Shown: piece after piece, positions 38,705 through 43,502 of the stretch
Numbering within the stretch: the first letter of the stretch is position 1
Layout: every line of letters begins with the position of its first letter
Assembly: GCF_001194135.2 (NCBI RefSeq)
Contig: NC_069001.1
Coordinates: 964,448-1,007,949 of the forward strand
Direction: 5' to 3'
From: Octopus bimaculoides
Lineage: Eukaryota
DNA: 43,502 nt
Position numbers and translations under genes: made by a program
Notes under the pieces: model-generated
The model's input: only the letters and a program-made list of their open reading frames with translations
What the model was told of the DNA's origin: nothing
Databases searched by the model: none

Positions 38705-39096
38705 TAGTGGTTCTCAACCAGGGTCCCTATGACCCATGAGGGTCCACATTAGATTTTAGGGGGTTCATGCAAGCAAAATAGAAATTTGGTGATTCTCAGT
38801 GGTATTGAAAGAGTCCCTGAATAAATTTTGCTTTTACATGTATTTCTTGCAAGGAACAACTAGGTTTCTTTCTATAATGTTTTACGTAGTACAACATGTT
38901 TGCAGCCACTGAAACATGTTCTCTCAGAGAGTTCTGTTGCAAACCTACACAAGGGAATGTGTGTGAAAAACCAAATAGGAATTTTGAAAGAAGTCTCTAT
39001 AAAACTAGTTTTTAAACATGGAATGGCTCTGGGAATCCACCAGAATAAAATAATAATGAAACAGGTGCATAGGAAGAAAATGGTTGAGAACCACTG
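38705..39096. mobile_element. hAT (Charlie-like) non-autonomous element, 392 bp
   Basis: TIRs tagtggttctcaacca / tggttgagaaccactg. Perfect 8-bp TSD gtttatac at 38697-38704 and 39097-39104. Confidence 0.92.
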
Positions 39097-39277
39097 GTTT
39101 ATACAAAATAAGCAAACCTTTATTCTCCTTATTCAACCCCAATCTCCATTCCCTCCATGACCTTCATGTCAGACACTCAACTAATGATAAGGATCATTAC
39201 CTGAGTGATGAAAGAGCATTAACGTTTGTTATGTTTTTCTTTTTCTACACACTATAGAAAGAAAGACAGGCACAAAC

Positions 39278-40269
39278 CTCTTTGGAAGTGTCTATTTTGC
39301 TGCCGATAGAATTCAGCCGAGTTATTTTGGTAAGGGTAGGAGTATTTTTGGCATCGCATGCAACTTCGGAATTAGTTCGAGATTTTGCTCTTACCACCAG
39401 CTCCCTATTCGGAGATTGCGGGATCTCCGACGTGCTCCAGCTGCGGTGCTCCACGGGTGTCCACTTGTGATGCGTTGTTGTGTCGAAGCTGGCGACAGAA
39501 TTGTCGCCGAAACCCTTGCTGTGCGCTATGTCGAAGTCAGCCGAATGGGAAACTAGTTGTCGAGCGGCGGTCGTTATTGTCGTCGTTGTTGTCGTGTGGG
39601 GAAGATTTCTTTTGCAGAGACTGTCAGTAGCAGAGGATAGACCAGTCTGAGGAACGGCCGGCTGACTGGCAGGAAAGCTTGCGATGCGTTTGTGGCGAGT
39701 GTGGTTGGCACTTCTTAAAATTAACTCCTTCGCTTCAGAGTCGAGCTGAAATTCATCGTGGACAGTAGTGTCGACCGGACAGCTGAACTTGCGTTGCACT
39801 GCATAGTCATACGCGGATGAATAAGTGGTCTCCGAAGTGTGGTGGGACTTTGTCTGCCGGAGCGGCTTGTGATATGCTCGATCGGCTACCGACGACTGTG
39901 CAGGGGTGGCATCCACGGAAACAGCGTAGGCACTAGTACTATTGGTGCTTGTGGTGCTACAAGATCTGGCTGTTACTTGAGAAGAATCTGGGACTTTGTT
40001 TGGACTCTCCGGGGTGACACTGCTGTTGCTGGTGTTGCTGGTGTTGCTGCTGCTGCTGATGCTGTTGTCGCTGCTGCTGCTGCTGGGAACTTTCTTGCTT
40101 TCAACTGTCACAGTGGTCACGGGATTCTTGTCGGCAGTGGGTGTGGTGGAGATGAAGCAAGAGTCCTCAGATGGTATTTCGGCTCTGAATTCTTTCGGCT
40201 TTGAGCAGAGGGTACTGGGTGGCAAATCTGACGTAGAATGGCGGTAGTTTATTCTGTCAGCTTTCACTT
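39278..40269 (-). CDS. cnk: CNK-family scaffold, large Ser/Thr-rich internal exon (992 nt, phase 1 to 0)
   Basis: Open frame of about 330 codons (ORF 39245-40267) with coding-like composition. Acceptor ttttttctctttgtattgcag|AA GTG at 40269; donor GAG|gtttgt at 39278. Phase 0 matches the next exon. Confidence 0.85.
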
Positions 40270-41235
40270 CTGCAATACAAAGAGAAAAAAAGTGTTAGAG
40301 GGGAAACAGATACACACACACACACACATAATATGAAAGAGAGAGAGTGGGGTGGGGAGAGACAGTAGGAAGGGGTAAACAATAACAAGTCAGTACCACA
40401 ACAGTAACTACCACTATGAGAGTAACCACCATCACCATCACCACCACTACCACTATGACCAACTACCATCCCGCCCGCCACTACCACAACACCACCATCA
40501 TCACAACTATCACAATAGAAACCACTGTCATTACTACCACCAATACTACCACCATTACTACCACCAATACTACCACCATTACTACCACCAATACTACCAA
40601 CAACAACCACAACAGTTTCTACTCTGCAAAAAAGTTTATCAATAGAGGAAGGAAAGCAAAAGCAAAGGGGAAGTCTATTGAACTGATGTCAGTGATTATT
40701 GATCAATGAAATCAATCAAATATGGCAGCCAGTCTTGTTTTTTATTGATCTGGTTTGACTTTATTCTTATATTTATGTTTTTTTTTAATACTTTTTGTAT
40801 ATTTATATCTCTACATCCAGCAATTTGTTAGGATGTGTTTGGGTTGAATGGGTTTATAAATTTAGATATCTGCAAAGGGAATTTTAGTGTAGTTATTTTG
40901 TAAGTGGAGAAGTAGTGGGTGATGGGCATGGTGAGAGGGGAGGAGAGAGAGAGAAAGAGAGAGAGAGAGTGAGGCGGGAAAGACAGAAGAGAGAAAGAGT
41001 GAAGGGTGAGAGAGAGGAAGAAGTGAGAAGGAAAGACAAGAAGAAAGGAGGGGAGGCAGATAGAGAGAGAAAAAGTAGGGCAGAGAGAGAGAGAGAGAGA
41101 GCGAGAGTGGAAGAGGAGAGAGAGGATAAGAAGAGAGAGTAAGAAGGAAAGAAAAACAGGAAGAGAAAAATGCTAAGTCAGGGAGAGAGAGAGAGAGGGA
41201 AATAGGAGAGAATGGAAGAACACAAAGAGAAAGAG

Positions 41236-41298
<63 letters not shown>

Positions 41299-43364
41299 AA
41301 TGGCAAAGATGGTAGAATCAGAAAGTTGAGAGTTGAAGAAAATACCAATCTGTTGATCAATTATTGATGTCTAAATTATGCAGGAGGACATGAATTTGTG
41401 GAGGAGGGATGAGGAGGGGGTATTAGGGTGGATTATCTACCAATAGGCACAATGACGTAAATTTGCTGAGGAGGGAAGGCATTAGGGTGGATTATTTCAT
41501 CAAGAAGGCAGTGAGCTGGAAGAATTGTGAACAAACTAGACAAAATGGCATTGAGTCTGCCGAGGGGAAGCCTGCTTCCCATCCTTTCAGGGTCGATGGT
41601 ATAAGTACCAGTTGAGTACTGGGGTCCATGTCATCAGCTAACCCCTCTCCTTTGTGCCAAAATTAGAAAGAATTTACCAAATATTCGCCTAGTTCTTCAT
41701 TTAATTGGCCTCCAGAAGTACAAACGGCATGGCCAAACTTGGCAAGATTGGAACAAGTTCGAAATATAAACATGTTGTGGTATCCTGGTAGAATTACATG
41801 AAAGTGTTATGGTATATTGGTAGAAATATGTGAATGCATTGGGGCTCCGTCAACAAACCTAAGCATTACTGAGCAAGATATTGATTGGAATGGCCACAGC
41901 CGGAATGTCTTTGATGTTAGGCTTCCTGAATCAGAAACGACCAGGGGCTAAACAGCCAATATCCATCACTATTCAAATTTAACCATCCACCCCACTTATG
42001 TACACACATATGCTACTGTCTGCACCCAACCCATTCATATGCTATTGCTACAGGCAGTACCCCTCCACCCTCTCATCATGACCCCCCCCCCCCTTCAGAC
42101 CAGAGTAGGAGAAGAGGGTGGGGAGGACTGAGTGTCCACCCACCTCTCACCTACCCTCACTAGTCTGACATTTTAGTTCAGGTTTTCTAAATGCCAACTG
42201 TTATTCTGGTGGGGGTGGGGAGGTGANNNNNNNNNNNNNNNNNNNNNNNNNNNNNNNNNNNNNNNNNNNNNNNNNNNNNNNNNNNNNNNNNNNNNNNNNN
42301 NNNNNNNNNNNNNNNNNNNNNNNNNNNNNNNNNNNNNNNNNNNNNNNNNNNNNNNNNNNNNNNNNNNNNNNNNNNNNNNNNNNNNNNNNNNNNNNNNNNN
42401 NNNNNNNNNNNNNNNNNNNNNNNNNNNNNNNNNNNNNNNNNNNNNNNNNNNNNNNNNNNNNNNNNNNNNNNNNNNNNNNNNNNNNNNNNNNNNNNNNNNN
42501 NNNNNNNNNNNNNNNNNNNNNNNNNNNNNNNNNNNNNNNNNNNNNNNNNNNNNNNNNNNNNNNNNNNNNNNNNNNNNNNNNNNNNNNNNNNNNNNNNNNN
42601 NNNNNNNNNNNNNNNNNNNNNNNNNNNNNNNNNNNNNNNNNNNNNNNNNNNNNNNNNNNNNNNNNNNNNNNNNNNNNNNNNNNNNNNNNNNNNNNNNNNN
42701 NNNNNNNNNNNNNNNNNNNNNNNNNNNNNNNNNNNNNNNNNNNNNNNNNNNNNNNNNNNNNNNNNNNNNNNNNNNNNNNNNNNNNNNNNNNNNNNNNNNN
42801 NNNNNNNNNNNNNNNNNNNNNNNNNNNNNNNNNNNNNNNNNNNNNNNNNAGGAGGGAGGGAAGGGTGGGTGGGTGTAGGTGGTGATGGTGATGATAAATA
42901 ATGAGGGTAGTGAGGAAGACAATAGTAATTATCATGAGGGCAGTGGTGGTGGTGACGGAGATGGTGGTGGTGGTGATAAGAACCATTTATATATTGACTG
43001 TGGTGGAGGTCATGTTTGGATAGTTGAACATACCAACAAATATAATAGACACATACATGTATACAAACATGTTTACATATATGCACATATATACACACAC
43101 ACACAAATCGCACACAAGCGCACACACACACACACACACATATATATAACCTAAAAATTTATGCACTACACACACACAAACACAAACATATATAATGTGA
43201 TGAGTTATTTAACTCCAAGCCAACCATAAGCCAACAGATCTTATGATCAAAGATATTCCATGCATGAACATCCCATTGTTTCCTGTCAGCCACAGTATAA
43301 CTGAGACTTCCCCTTATATTTAAAATGGCAGACTCAGTGATCACCCAACAGCTACCCTTGCCAG

Positions 43365-43502
43365 CACATTCATTCATGTACCATGTGGTAGACTTAGGCA
43401 ACAAGAGGCTGCATTCACATTTGTCTTGCCTGACTGAAGCTAGTGCCACATGGTACATGAATGAATGTGAATGCAGCCTCTTGTTGCCTAAGTCTACCAC
43501 AT
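43365..43502. repeat. 51-bp unit followed by a circularly permuted inverted copy, truncated by the window end
   Basis: 43446-43502 is the exact reverse complement of a permutation of 43365-43421. Confidence 0.9.

Noticed and set aside
39282-40247. Plus-strand ORFs overlapping the large exon
   Set aside because: Antisense shadows of a GC-richer coding exon with no independent features.

Overview
AT-rich eukaryotic genomic DNA, dense in SINEs and microsatellites, with six assembly gaps. The repeat repertoire looks like an octopod cephalopod (inference from the SINE and repeat types). The whole window lies inside one minus-strand gene, a CNK-family scaffold (connector enhancer of KSR; CNKSR/IPCEF1-like). 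I reconstructed ten GT-AG exons by hand: 40269-39278, 25975-25887, 18418-18355, 12670-12628, 10170-10013, 9055-8979, 2869-2801, 2550-2438, 1409-1326 and 646-456. Their intron phases chain without a break (1-0-2-0-1-0-2-2-1-1-0). They encode a Ser/Thr-rich linker, a complete CNK-type PH domain ([21 protein letters not shown]...FYFASERQDDMSKWMNKM), the acidic YSESE motif and a C-terminal helical segment. The 5' exons (SAM/CRIC/PDZ expected) and the 3' end lie outside the window. Introns contain tRNA-derived SINEs, RTE-type LINE relics, four hAT MITEs with 8-bp TSDs, a piggyBac-like MITE, a fold-back MITE and several minisatellites. The most interesting unexplained signals are a 30-bp minisatellite whose conserved core is an RFX X-box, a candidate 9-nt microexon inside the PH domain, a CpG-rich intronic region that could drive an IPCEF1-like short isoform, and three TGCA-dense intronic islands (one with four RBFOX motifs around an open 146-nt segment). 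None of these has been validated by expression or database evidence.
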